A stretch of DNA of 64,000 nucleotides from Tubiluchus corallicola (lineage: Eukaryota; Animalia; Priapulida), in NCBI GenBank assembly GCA_030141605.1, contig JAQGDQ010000312.1:207445-271444 (forward strand), given 5' to 3'. A program made the position numbers and the translations under genes. How positions within the stretch are numbered: position 1 is the first letter of the stretch; the number at the start of each line of letters is the position of its first letter. Under the pieces are notes generated by a model. The model was given only the letters and a program-made list of their open reading frames with translations, was not told where the DNA came from and did no database searches. Shown piece by piece: positions 1-11,398 of the stretch.

Positions 1-9
1 GCTTCACAC

Positions 10-210
10 CTGACTAACATTTGTCGCTGATTCGTAAATAATTGAGGACAGATTTCGGTATTGATCCTCGGGTTTCAATTTCCTGCTTATCCACAGTACA
101 TTTCCACCTTTTAAGATGTCTAATAGCTGAAGCTTGTCCAACTGATCTTCCGTGTCATCGTTAATCACAACCCAGTAGGTGCCAGGTGCAATAAGATTGG
201 CATCGTAAGA
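10..210 (-). CDS. Exon of host receptor gene (iGluR amino-terminal/ANF-receptor-like ectodomain); gene continues beyond the window start
   Basis: Acceptor ttcactgtag|, donor CAG|GTGTGA, 201 nt open in phase 0: SYDANLIAPGTYWVVINDD...NVSQ. Joined to the previous exon it reads THIIFCAPEATRNILLKSYDANLIAPGTYWVVIN, resembling the 'VIILxCxxxxAxxILxxAxxxxMxxxGYxWIV' segment of LIVBP-fold receptor domains. Confidence 0.7.
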
Positions 211-699
211 CTACAGTGAACAAAAACTCAGTAAATTATTTCAATTCACGCACTTCAAGTACTTGGATGGTAATTGGTTGGTTGAAATATGTGTTTGAAG
301 AATGTTATGAATATTAGGCCTAAACATAATTATTAATAAATGACGTAGACAACTTTTCAAAGTTAACGAATTGGCTTGCCAGTTAGTCAAACAGTTAATT
401 AATCATTCAGTTTATCAGTCAGCGGGTTAGCTAGTGAGTCAGTCAGCCAGTCACTCAGTCAGTCATTAAGGCACGTAGTCAATCACAAAGCTAGTGACTC
501 AGTCGGTCTGTCTATGTTATTACAATTTTATTGTTTAATTTTTATGTTTGTGTAAGTCTGTGTGATAGTTTGTATTAGTTTTTGTTTTTTTACAACGTTT
601 TATTAGCATGTTATAAATATGTAAATTATAATATGAACTTATATTTGAAATAAAGAATTAAATCAAATCAAATCTTTCTGCCTTGTTGCCTGCCTCCCT

Positions 700-885
700 G
701 CTTATCTGTTTGTCTGTTAATCTGTCTGTCTGACTGTCTGTCTGCCTGTCTGTCTGCTTGTCTGACTGTCCGCCTGCCTGCTTGCCTGTCTGTCTGTCTG
801 TCTGCCAGCCTGTCTCTCTGTCTGTCTTCCTGTCTGCCTGCCTGTCTGTCTGTCTGTCTGCTTGCCTGTCTGTCTGTCTGTCTGT
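700..885. repeat. (TCTG)n-type tetranucleotide microsatellite
   Basis: Degenerate tctg/cctg repeats seen directly. Confidence 0.9.
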
Positions 886-1187
886 ACGTGTATTTGTGAA
901 CATAGCTATTCGCAAATTTATTCCAACAATATAATTATTATGTAACTATGTACAGTAAATATGTTTATTTTGCGCATTGTAGTGTGAAATTATGTGAATT
1001 TGTGAGATCTGAACTTAATTTTTCGAATTAAAGTAAATGAATAAACCTGTCTGTCTTTCAATCTAAACGTTTGTCCATCTCTGTAAGTCTATCTGTGCGC
1101 CATCTGTCTATATGTTCAACCGTCTGTTCATCCAAATGCAAAAACATTACAATATTCTCAACCTAGAAAGAACAAACATTCACTTAC

Positions 1188-1384
1188 CTTTAATAAAATG
1201 TTTCTCGTTGCTTCTGGTGCACAAAAGATAATATGGGTAACAGCAAACTGTCGAATATCAGAAGCTGTTTGAGCAATATGTCTGGCTTCAGTCTCAACGT
1301 CGCCCGTTTTGTCTATGGTCATTATCACAGCTTTTCTTCCAATATCGCTAATTTTCTGGAGTAGTGAGTTAATTTCTGTGTAAT
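1188..1384 (-). CDS. Exon of host receptor gene
   Basis: Acceptor ttcttgtttcag|, donor AAG|GTAAGT; phase 1 to phase 0; xYTEINSLLQKISDIGRKAVIMTIDK...THIIFCAPEATRNILLK; in phase with exon 10-210. Confidence 0.75.
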
Positions 1385-2066
1385 CTGAAACAAGAATACG
1401 AGAGAGTGTGGTGGTGTAGTCGACTTTTTGTGGACATTCGGGTTTCGAGTTTCTCGATTTCCGGAAAGATTTAGAAAACTGCAAGCTCGGCTTGGTTTGT
1501 TATCACAAAGATAATGTCACGAGGACGTAGCTATGGCACGTATTCTTTATTACAGTTCTGTTACTCAGAAAGAATGGGATAGTTAGATAGACAGATAAAC
1601 AGGCAAACAGACAGACAGACAGACAGACTGGATTTTGATTTATTACTTTATTCTAAACATAAGTTCAGAGTACAAAGGACGTAACATAAAAATTATAAAT
1701 AAAAGAACACAAAGAATACAAAAAATATTACAATGACAATAATAAATAAATAAATGACACGCACATACTGATTGACTGACTGACTGACTAACTAACTGAC
1801 TGACTGACTGACCGACTTATCGACCGACCGAGTGACCAACCGATTGACTGATAGACAGACAGACAGATAAATAGCTAGAGGTTAAATTTGATCCTTTCAT
1901 TGTAAACCATAGTTCATTTTACAAAATACAACGTCACACATTTACAATCAAATAACATGAAAAAACAATGAATAAATGAGATAGTTACAATGAAAGGAAA
2001 ATTACACAATCATAATGAATTAGTGATAGTAACAATAATAGTACAAAAAAGTCACTAAGATTGCAT

Positions 2067-2200
2067 TAATAAGTCCTTTAATAGTTCCAGCGATTGATGA
2101 TGATCGTGAAAAGGTCAGAAAGCTAAGTGTAGCAGGCAGCGCATTTGTTTAGAGTTGACAACGCCTCGCAACCCATGTTATTGTAATAGCTACCGTTTGA
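2067..2200 (+). mobile_element. Fragment of the MITE family also at 26663-27067 and 37745-38048
   Basis: Shares gttccagcgattgatgatgatcgt...gacaacgcctcgca.cccatg with those copies. Confidence 0.7.
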
Positions 2201-2204
2201 ACAA

Positions 2205-2273
2205 GAGAGAGGGAGAGAGGGGGCAGAGAGAGAGAGAGAGAGAGAGAAAGAAAGAGAGAGGGATAGAGAGAAG

Positions 2274-2305
<32 letters not shown>

Positions 2306-2330
2306 GAGAAAGAGAGAGAGAGAGAGAGAC
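2205..2330. repeat. (GA)n microsatellite
   Basis: Seen directly. Confidence 0.95.
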
Positions 2331-2678
2331 AACACAACAATATTTTTTCATAACCTTTTCGAAATCTAACCTAGCAATTTGGATGATGTAAAATAATCTG
2401 GCATGTAAGATTAAAGACAAAAGATAAGCAACAGGGAGTCTGCTCGGTAAAGGAATGGGTGACCACTTGAAAAACTGTTCCTGGGTAGTTCCTTCTGTTA
2501 TACCACCCTGGATAGTTTAGTTTAAACACAGTTTATTTAGGATTGGATCAGACAGTTTGAACAACATGATTTAGGATCCTCACCACAACAGACTTTATAC
2601 ACTATTTACAAGAACATTTACAGTAAGAATAGACTATAACTACACAAGCTGACAAGTTTTACTACAGGAATACCTTAA

Positions 2679-3230
2679 ACATTAGTAGAAAATGGCGGTT
2701 AAAAAGTATTAATGTACGATTATTTAAGACTGATGCATTTTATATCAGATAGAAATTACTGGAAGCATTTAGTACGTAATATAAAGTCATGTATGCATTG
2801 GAATATTTTACAGTTAGCAGCATGGTTAAATTCATCTTTTCCGAATAATAACAACTTCAACAGATCATTAGTTCCTAAGGCAGCTATATTAAGGTTTTCG
2901 GGCAGTAGTATTTCATTTAGTTTATCAAACATAACAACCCTAGTTTGCTGATACAATGGGCAGTGCAACAAAAAGTGTTCAACAGACTCAAATCGAAATC
3001 CACAGTTACAATTCGGCAACATTGGATGACCGTTATTATGTTTACAGCCTTTAGAGAAAAAGTCATAGTTTAGCTGAGAAAATCCGATTCTCATGCGCGT
3101 ATGATGCACTGATATTGGGGGTTTACCAAATGAAAAATGTTTCTTATGCAACGAAAAACTTAAATGATATTTGAGCTCCTGTTTGAATTGTGAAATGGAT
3201 GTAATTTCACAAATGTTCTGTGATAAGTTG
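2679..3230 (-). mobile_element. Duplicated 3' fragment of the CR1-like LINE (ORF2 C-terminal zinc finger)
   Basis: Near-identical to 6146-6696 and similar to 12228-12811; encodes CNCGFRFESVEHFLLHCPLY. Confidence 0.9.
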
Positions 3231-4059
3231 AACACTTAATTGACACGATACGACCTTACTCAAATGTCATATATGGAGAGAAAAGAATTTATCATGACTT
3301 GCGTTTTGGATGGAAACGGACAACAAACAAAATCTTTGCAATTAAACACATTTAGATCTACCATCTTCACTGATCGGAGACCCTCTGACATAGTTGCCAA
3401 GTCAAGTAGGTAGACAGTGCATGATGAACAAAACGAGGCCTAGTTTGACTGACTGTTAAACTTTACAATACAAAACTGCGCGTGACGTTTGGAACCAATC
3501 CAGAATGCGAAGCACTGGGTTATAAGCTTATTTAGTTTTTTCTAGCCAGCTTTCAGGATAAATTCAATATTCATGAACATGTCATTTAAAATGTCATGTA
3601 TCCTTGCTATGGATCTGTTTCCTTGTAGAATTCTAGAATACAGAGTAATTATATAGTGACGCCACAATATAAAAACTGGTTAAAAACTTTTCACATGAAC
3701 AATAAGAAGGAAAAGAGACTGGCGTCAAGGCGAAATAGACGGCTTTATAAAGTTACGTCACAAGCTAGAACCCCAAAAACCACTCAAAAAAAGGAAAAGG
3801 AAGCTGCCTCAACCATCATTAACAGTAAGCACTAAAACTCAACAATAGCCACTAGCAGCCAACAACTATCTAACAGCAATGTGCATTCTTCCCAGGTAGT
3901 GTTCAACACAACGAAAAAATAATCTACTTGTGTAGTTCAGCTTCAACTAAGAGACAAACAAGATCTCGACTGGCTTTACACAGAACTTAATTTTCAAAAA
4001 ACATAAAGACCCATGACAAGGAACGTTATGATGCATTAAGTGATGCATGTTCTGAGTGA

Positions 4060-4200
4060 TAAGAACAAACAATTGTTAATAGGATTGATAACAACAAACA
4101 AATGTTAATAGGATTGATAACAACAAACAAATTTTATTAGGATTGATAACAACAAACAAATTTTATTAGGATTGCTAACAACAAACAAATTTTATTAGGA
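4060..4200. repeat. 29-bp minisatellite downstream of the protease gene (copy number varies between units)
   Basis: aggattgataacaacaaacaaattttatt about 5 times here, about 2-3 times at 7530, 8863 and 10196. Confidence 0.85.
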
Positions 4201-4289
4201 ATTTGTATTTTTGACAACTAGTCTGGTCAGAAATAATTGCAATAACAGCAATTTTAACATGATAGTTTAAAGATGAAATTGTCAAAAGC

Positions 4290-4295
4290 TTTATT
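4290..4295 (-). terminator. Candidate polyadenylation signal of protease copy 1
   Basis: AATAAA on the minus strand ~35 nt after the stop; conserved in all four copies. Confidence 0.6.
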
Positions 4296-4330
4296 GGAGT
4301 GCTCTAGAGATTTTTATACTGCAATTTTTC

Positions 4331-5314
4331 CTATTTCGTCACACTGAAAAAAATAACTAAGTACAGTGTAACAGCGTAAATTATCTTTGTTGTGCCATGT
4401 AATGGAGCAGCCATGTTGCGTACGAAGCCAAAGATGCTGCCGTCAGGTACATAACGGCGCTTTGCATGTTCAATCCAATCTAAATAGTGAGAAATCTTCA
4501 CAGCGGTGGTCGTTGTCGCACCATCAGCCCACGATTCGTTGTCCCATGGGAATCTCACACCGCTTCTACTGGCTTGAACACCAATAACCTGTCCAGTACT
4601 GTATAGCACCATGGGTCCACCTGAATCACCTCTACCACTGCTGCGACTTGGATTATAGGCGCAAATAAGAAGATCGAGGTCTTTCCCTTTACAGTCACCG
4701 TACATGTCTATTATCAGTAATTCAGCTTTCTGTAAATCATCATTCACACGTGGTCGAACATTCCGTATCTCTTGACTTCCCCATCCAGCTATAACAGCTA
4801 TTCCGTTAATATAATTAGCTCTCTCACAAAATGGTATTTTGGCAGGCAGAATATCATGATCGCTTCCGGTAATGACAGTATACTCAACACGTCTGCTTAA
4901 TCGTGCTAAGGCGATATCGTGATTCTCCCTAACTGTCCCATTTGGATTATAAAGGGGGTGTGTATGATACCATCTGATCCAACGTTCTATTGGCGAGTTC
5001 TTCCAAGTGTTGTGCCCCAATAAGACTTCTAAGTGTTCTCCGGCTTTTTTAACATTATTAAAACAGTGAGCTGCTGTCAAGATCCACACATTATCAATGA
5101 GAATTCCTCCGCAAGCACTGCCCGGGAATTTAAGAAAAACTATGTAGGGAAATTCCCTTTCTTTAACTGCTTCTCCACCTCGAATCCTTGGTTCAGCAGA
5201 CAGTTCTGGTGCGTCAAATACGTCAGAATCAAATACATTCGCAACAGGCGAAGAGAGACATTCGTCAAAGTAGAACCATGTAAGCAGATATAAACCTGCA
5301 GTTGACAGTTCCAT
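4331..5314 (-). CDS. Intronless S1A (chymotrypsin-fold) serine protease, copy 1, complete; signal peptide and C-terminal GPI/TM-like tail
   Basis: ATG at 5314 (MELSTAGLYLLTWFYFDECLS), activation site EPR|IRGG, CGGILI..WILTAAHC, HDIAL, GWG, GDSGGP, hydrophobic tail IIYAVTLYLVIFFSV. Confidence 0.93.
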   Translation of the reverse strand: MELSTAGLYLLTWFYFDECLSSPVANVFDSDVFDAPELSAEPRIRGGEAVKEREFPYIVFLKFPGSACGGILIDNVWILTAAHCFNNVKKAGEHLEVLLGHNTWKNSPIERWIRWYHTHPLYNPNGTVRENHDIALARLSRRVEYTVITGSDHDILPAKIPFCERANYINGIAVIAGWGSQEIRNVRPRVNDDLQKAELLIIDMYGDCKGKDLDLLICAYNPSRSSGRGDSGGPMVLYSTGQVIGVQASRSGVRFPWDNESWADGATTTTAVKISHYLDWIEHAKRRYVPDGSIFGFVRNMAAPLHGTTKIIYAVTLYLVIFFSVTK

Positions 5315-6007
5315 ACTAGTGCTAAAATAATGTATTATTGCAGTAGTTCTCTGACCCTTCACAGGTGGTCATTTCTAAGAAAATTTTTTGGCCTGTTCTA
5401 CTTTCATTATCGAACACTCGTCGAATACGTCAACATGTTGATAGTTGCCTGCTTCTACCGTCGATGTTGTCAAGTGCAAACAATTGTTTCCAAGGTTTTG
5501 GAATTTTCGAAAAAACGAATTGTTACAAGTCGAGTTTTAGTTTAAACATAATTTATTTAGGATTGGATCAGACAGTTTGCACAACATGATTAAGGATCCT
5601 CACCACAACAGACTTTATACACAATTTACAAGAACATTTACAGTAACACTACACAAGCTGACAAGTTTTACTACAGGAATACATTATATGTACTGGAAAC
5701 CTTGCATTGGCGTGCTTGGCGGCCTTCGCTTGTTGTTGGCTTTGGCCACCTTGTGGTGATTTTTGGCGTAATCACGTGATCAATTTGATCTGGGTCAGAG
5801 GTCTACTGTGAAGTGAAGATGTGTCATAAGTTGATAAGATATTGTCGTTATCTGTTACAATTGCTTGTGATTTTGGGCTAATAACATACGTATATACTCT
5901 AATTACTTTATAAAATTTAAATTTACTTTAATATAACAGCTAGGTATTAATTAATACGACAGCACAGTGTGGAGCTCTTCATTATGTAAAATTGACTTTT
6001 GGCTAGT

Positions 6008-6696
6008 GTTATTTGTTTATTTTTTATTTTTTGGCACTAATTTCTTATGTTTAGATGGAATGACATGTTTTGGCAAATAAAGAGCAAAGAAAGAGCAAAA
6101 TTTAATCGAACTTCGAATTTGGTTTTTGAAAACCCAAACAATAGACATTAGTAGAAAATGACGGTTAGAAAGTATTTATGTACGATTATTTAAGACTGAT
6201 GCATTTTATATCAGACAGAAATTACTGGAAGCGTTTAGTACGTAATATAAAATCATGTATACACTGGAATATTTTACAGTTAGCAACATAGTTAAATTCA
6301 TCTTTTCCGAATAATAACAACTTCAACAGATCATTAGTTCCTAAGGCAGCTATATTAAGGTTTTCGGGCAGTAGTATTTCATTTAATTTATCAAACATAA
6401 CAACCCTGGTTTGTTGATACAATAGGCAGTGCAACAAAAAGTGTTCAACAGACTCAAATCGAAATCCACAGTTACAATTCGGCAATATTGGATGACCGTT
6501 ATTATCTTTACAGCCTTTAAAGAAAAAGTCATAGTTTAGCTGAGAAAATCCGATTCTCATGCGCGTATGATGCACTGATATTGGGGGTTTACCAAATGAA
6601 AAATGTTTCTTACGCAACGAAAAACTTAAATGATATTTGAGCTCTTGTTTGAATTGTGAAATGGATGTAATTTCACAAATGTTCTGTGATAAGTTG
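6008..6696 (-). mobile_element. Duplicated 3' fragment of the CR1-like LINE including 3' UTR/tail
   Basis: Matches 12093-12811; same 5' breakpoint (aagttg|aacac) as the copy at 3230, 3466 bp away. Confidence 0.9.
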
Positions 6697-7719
6697 AACA
6701 CTTAATTGACCCGATACGACCTTACTCAAATGTCATATATGGAGAGAAAAGAATTTATCGTGACTGGCGTTTTGGATGGAAACGGAAAACAAACAAAATC
6801 TTTGCAATTAAACACATTTAGATCTACCATCTTCACTGATCGGAGACCCTCTGACATAGTTGCCAAGTCAAGTAGGTAGACAGTTAATGATGAACAAAAC
6901 GAGGCCTAGTTTGACTGACTGTTAAACTTTACAATACAAAAGTGCGCGTGACGTTTGAAACCAATCCAGAATGCGAAGCACTAGGTTATTTAGTTTTTTC
7001 TAGCCAGCTTTCAGGATAAATTCAATATTCATGAACATGTCATTTAAAATGCCATGTATCCTTGCTATGGATCTGTTTCCTTGTAGAATTCTAGAATACA
7101 GAGTAATTATATAGTGACGCCACAATATAAAAACTGGTTAAAAACTTTTCACATGAATAATAAGAAGGAAAAGAGATTGGCGTCAAGGCGAAATAGACGG
7201 CTTTATAAAGCTACGTCACAAGCTAGAACCCAAAAACCACTCAAAAAAAGGAAAAGGAAGCTGCCTCAACCATCATTAACAGTAAACAACCACCTTGCAA
7301 TCAAACACTAAAACTCAACAATAGCCACTAGCAGCCAACAACTATCTAACAGCAATGTGCATTCTTCCCACATAGTGTTCAACACAACGAAAAAAGAATC
7401 TACTTGTGTAGTTCAGCTTCAACTAAGAGATAAACAAGATCTCGACTGGCTTTACACAGAACTTAATTTTCAAAAAACATAAAGACCCATGACAAGGAAC
7501 GTTATGATGCATTAAGTGATGCATGTTCTGATTGATAACAACAAACAAATTTTATTAGGATTGCTAACTACAAACAAATTTTATTAGGAATTTGTATTTC
7601 TAACAACTAGTCTGGTCAGAAATAATTGCAATAACAGCAATTTTAACATGATAATTTAAAGATGAAATTGTCAAAAGCTTTATTAGAGTGCTCTAGAGAT
7701 TTTTACACTGCAATTTTTC

Positions 7720-8663
7720 CTATTTCGTCACACTGAAAAAAATAACTAAGTACAGTGTTACTGCATAAATTATCTTTGTTGTGCCATGTAATGGAGCAGC
7801 CATGTTGCGTACGAAGCCAAAGATGCTGCCGTCAGGTACATAAAGGCGCTTCGCATGTTCAATCCAATCTAAATAGTGAGAAATCTTCACAGCGGTGGTC
7901 GTTGTCGCACCATCAGCCCACGATTCGTTGTCCCATGGATATCTCACACTGCTTCTACTGGCTTGAACACCAATAACCTGTCCAGTACTGTATAGTACCA
8001 TGGGTCCACCTGAATCACCTCTACCACCGCTGCGACTTGGATTATAGGCGCAAATAAGAAGATCGAGGTCTTTTCCTTTACAGTCACCGTACATGTCTAT
8101 TATCAGTAATTCAGCTTTCTGTAAATCCTCATTCACACGTGGTGGAACATACCGTATCTCTTGACTTCCCCATCCAGCTATAACAGCTATTCCGTTAATA
8201 TAATTAGCTCTCTCACAAAAGGGTATTTTGGCAGGCAGAATATCATGATCGCTTCCGGTAATGACAGTATACTCAACACGTCTGCTTAATCGTGCTAAGG
8301 CGATATCGTGATTCTCCTTAACTGTCCCATTTATATTAAAAAGGGGGTGTGTATGATACCACCTGATCCAACGTTCTATTGGCGAGTTCCTCCAAGTGTT
8401 GTGCCCCAATAAGACTTCTAAGTGTTCTCCGGCTTTTTTAACATTATGAAAACAGTGAGCTGCTGTCAAGATCCACACATTATCAATGAGAATTCCTCCG
8501 CAAGCAGTCTTCGGGAATTTAAGAAAAACTATGTAGGGAAATTCCCTTTCTTTAACTGCTTCTCCACCTCGAATCCTAGGTTCAGCAGACAGTTCTGTTG
8601 CGTCAAATACGTCAGAATCAAATACATTCGCAACAGGCGAAGACAGACATTCGTCAAAGTAGA
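7720..8663 (-). pseudogene. Serine protease copy 2, 5'-truncated (lacks ATG and most of the signal peptide), catalytic domain intact
   Basis: Homology with the complete copies stops at caaagtaga (8663); in-frame TAA just upstream; H/D/S triad motifs intact; mature domain identical in amino acids to copy 4. Confidence 0.85.
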
Positions 8664-9052
8664 CTATTTAACAACTATTTAAAAGCAATGTGCATTCTTC
8701 CCACATAGTGTTCAACACAACGAAAAAAGAATCTACTTGTGTAGTTCAGCTTCAACTAAGAGACAAACACGATCTCGACTGACTTTACACAGAACTTAAT
8801 TTTCAAAAAACATAAAGACCCATGACAAGGAACGTTATGATGCATTAAATGATGCATGTTCTGATTGATAACAACAAACAAATTTTATTAGGATTGCTAA
8901 CAACAAACAAATTTTATTAGGAATTTGTATTTTTGACAACTAGTCTGGTCAGAAATAATTGCAATAACAGCAATTTTAACATGATAGTTTAAAGATGAAA
9001 TTGTCAAAAGCTTTATTGGAGTGCTCTAGAGATTTTTATACTGCAATTTTTC

Positions 9053-9996
9053 CTATTTCGTCACACTGAAAAAAATAACTAAGTACAGTGTAACTGCGTA
9101 AATTATCTTTGTTGTGCCATGTAATGGAGCAGCCATGTTGCATACGAAGCCAAAGATGCTGCCGTCAGGTACATAAAGGCGCTTCGCATCTTCAATCCAA
9201 TCTAAATAGTGAGAAATCTTCACAGCGGTGGTCGTTGTCGCACCATCAGTCCACGATTCGTTGTCCCATGGATATCTCACACTGCTTCTACTGGCTTGAA
9301 CACCAATAACCTGTCCAGTACTGTATAGTACCATGGGTCCACCTGAATCACCCAAATCAGAGCTGCGACTTGGATTATAGGCGCAAATAAGAAGAGCGGG
9401 GTCTTTTCCTGCACAGTCACCGTACATGTCTACTACCAGTAACTCAGCTTTCTGTAAAAGCTCATTTATACGTGGTGGAACATCCCGTATCCCGTGACTT
9501 CCCCATCCAGCTAAAACAGCTATTTTGTTAACATAATTAGCTCTCTCACAAAAGGGTATTTTAGCAGGCAGAATATCTTGATCGAATCCGGTAATGACAG
9601 TATACTCAACACGCCTGTTTAATCGCACTAAGGCGATATCGTTATTCTGAAAAACTGTCGAATTTGGATCATAAAGGGCGTGTGTATGATACCACCTGAT
9701 CCAACGTTCTATTGGCGAGTTCCTCCAAGTGTTGTGCCCCAATAAGACTTCTAAGTGTTCTCCGGCTTTTTTAACATTATGAAAACAGTGAGCTGCTGTC
9801 AAGATCCACACATTATCAATGAGAATTCCTCCGCAAGCAGTCTTCGGGAATTTAAGAAAAACTATGTAGGGAAATTCCCTTTCTTTAACTGCTTCTCCAC
9901 CTCGAATCCTAGGTTCAGCAGACAGTTCTGTTGCGTCAAATACGTCAGAATCAAATACATTCGCAACAGGCGAAGACAGACATTCGTCAAAGTAGA
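9053..9996 (-). pseudogene. Serine protease copy 3, 5'-truncated, with a divergent central segment
   Basis: Same junction as copy 2; triad intact (AAHC, NDIAL, DLGDSGGP); 28 amino-acid differences from copy 2 within 9352-9679. Confidence 0.85.
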
Positions 9997-10414
9997 CTAT
10001 TTAACAACTATTTAACAGCAATGTGCATTCTTCCCACATAGTGTTCAACACAACGAAAAAAGAATCTACTTGTGTAGTTCAGCTTCAACTAAGAGATAAA
10101 CAAGATCTCGACTGACTTTACACAGAACTTAATTTTCAAAAAACATAAAGACCCATGACAAGGAACGTTATGATGCATTAAGTGATGCATGTTCTGATTG
10201 ATAACAACAAACAAATTTTAATAGGATTGCTAACAATAAACAAATTTTATTAGGATTGCTAACAACAAACAAATTTTATTAGGAATTTGTATTTTTGACA
10301 ACTAGTCTGGTCAGAAATAATTGCAATAACAGCAATTTTAACATGATAATTTAAAGATGAAATTGTCAAAAGCTTTATTAGAGTGCTCTAGAGATTTTTA
10401 CACTGCAATTTTTC

Positions 10415-11398
10415 CTATTTCGTCACACTGAAAAAAATAACTAAGTACAGTGTTACTGCATAAATTATCTTTGTTGTGCCATGTAATGGAGCAGCCATGT
10501 TGCGTACGAAGCCAAAGATGCTGCCGTCAGGTACATAAAGGCGCTTCGCATGTTCAATCCAATCTAAATAGTGAGAAATCTTCACAGCGGTGGTCGTTGT
10601 CGCACCATCAGCCCACGATTCGTTGTCCCATGGATATCTCACACTGCTTCTACTGGCTTGAACACCAATAACCTGTCCAGTACTGTATAGTACCATGGGT
10701 CCACCTGAATCACCTCTACCACCGCTGCGACTTGGATTATAGGCGCAAATAAGAAGATCGAGGTCTTTTCCTTTACAGTCACCATACATGTCTATTATCA
10801 GTAATTCAGCTTTCTGTAAATCCTCATTCACACGTGGTGGAACATACCGTATCTCTTGACTTCCCCATCCAGCTATAACAGCTATTCCGTTAATATAATT
10901 AGCTCTCTCACAAAAGGGTATTTTGGCAGGCAGAATATCATGATCGCTTCCGGTAATGACAGTATACTCAACACGTCTGCTTAATCGTGCTAAGGCGATA
11001 TCGTGATTCTCCTTAACTGTCCCATTTATATTAAAAAGGGGGTGTGTATGATACCACCTGATCCAACGTTCTATTGGCGAGTTCCTCCAAGTGTTGTGCC
11101 CCAATAAGACTTCTAAGTGTTCTCCGGCTTTTTTAACATTATGAAAACAGTGAGCTGCTGTCAAGATCCACACATTATCAATGAGAATTCCTCCGCAAGC
11201 AGTCTTCGGGAATTTAAGAAAAACTATGTAGGGAAATTCCCTTTCTTTAACTGCTTCTCCACCTCGAATCCTAGGTTCAGCAGACAGTTCTTTTGCGTCA
11301 AATACGTCAGAATCAAATACATTCGCAACAGGCGAAGACAGACATTCGTCAAAGTAGAACCATGTAAGCAGATACAAACCTGCAGTTGACAGTTCCAT
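10415..11398 (-). CDS. Intronless S1A serine protease, copy 4, complete
   Basis: ATG at 11398; same motifs as copy 1; ORF uninterrupted. Confidence 0.93.
   Translation of the reverse strand: MELSTAGLYLLTWFYFDECLSSPVANVFDSDVFDAKELSAEPRIRGGEAVKEREFPYIVFLKFPKTACGGILIDNVWILTAAHCFHNVKKAGEHLEVLLGHNTWRNSPIERWIRWYHTHPLFNINGTVKENHDIALARLSRRVEYTVITGSDHDILPAKIPFCERANYINGIAVIAGWGSQEIRYVPPRVNEDLQKAELLIIDMYGDCKGKDLDLLICAYNPSRSGGRGDSGGPMVLYSTGQVIGVQASRSSVRYPWDNESWADGATTTTAVKISHYLDWIEHAKRLYVPDGSIFGFVRNMAAPLHGTTKIIYAVTLYLVIFFSVTK

Noticed and set aside
5315-5362. N-terminal extension MKGQRTT... of the protease ORFs, and the 'MWILTAAH' starts in the truncated copies
   Set aside because: These begin at non-ATG codons; the eukaryotic start is the ATG before the signal peptide.
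4387-5589. Plus-strand ORFs overlapping the protease copies
   Set aside because: Antisense shadows with no motifs; they recur only because the DNA is duplicated.
7114-7311. Basic NLS-like ORF in the array spacer
   Set aside because: Non-ATG start, short, and no recognisable domain.
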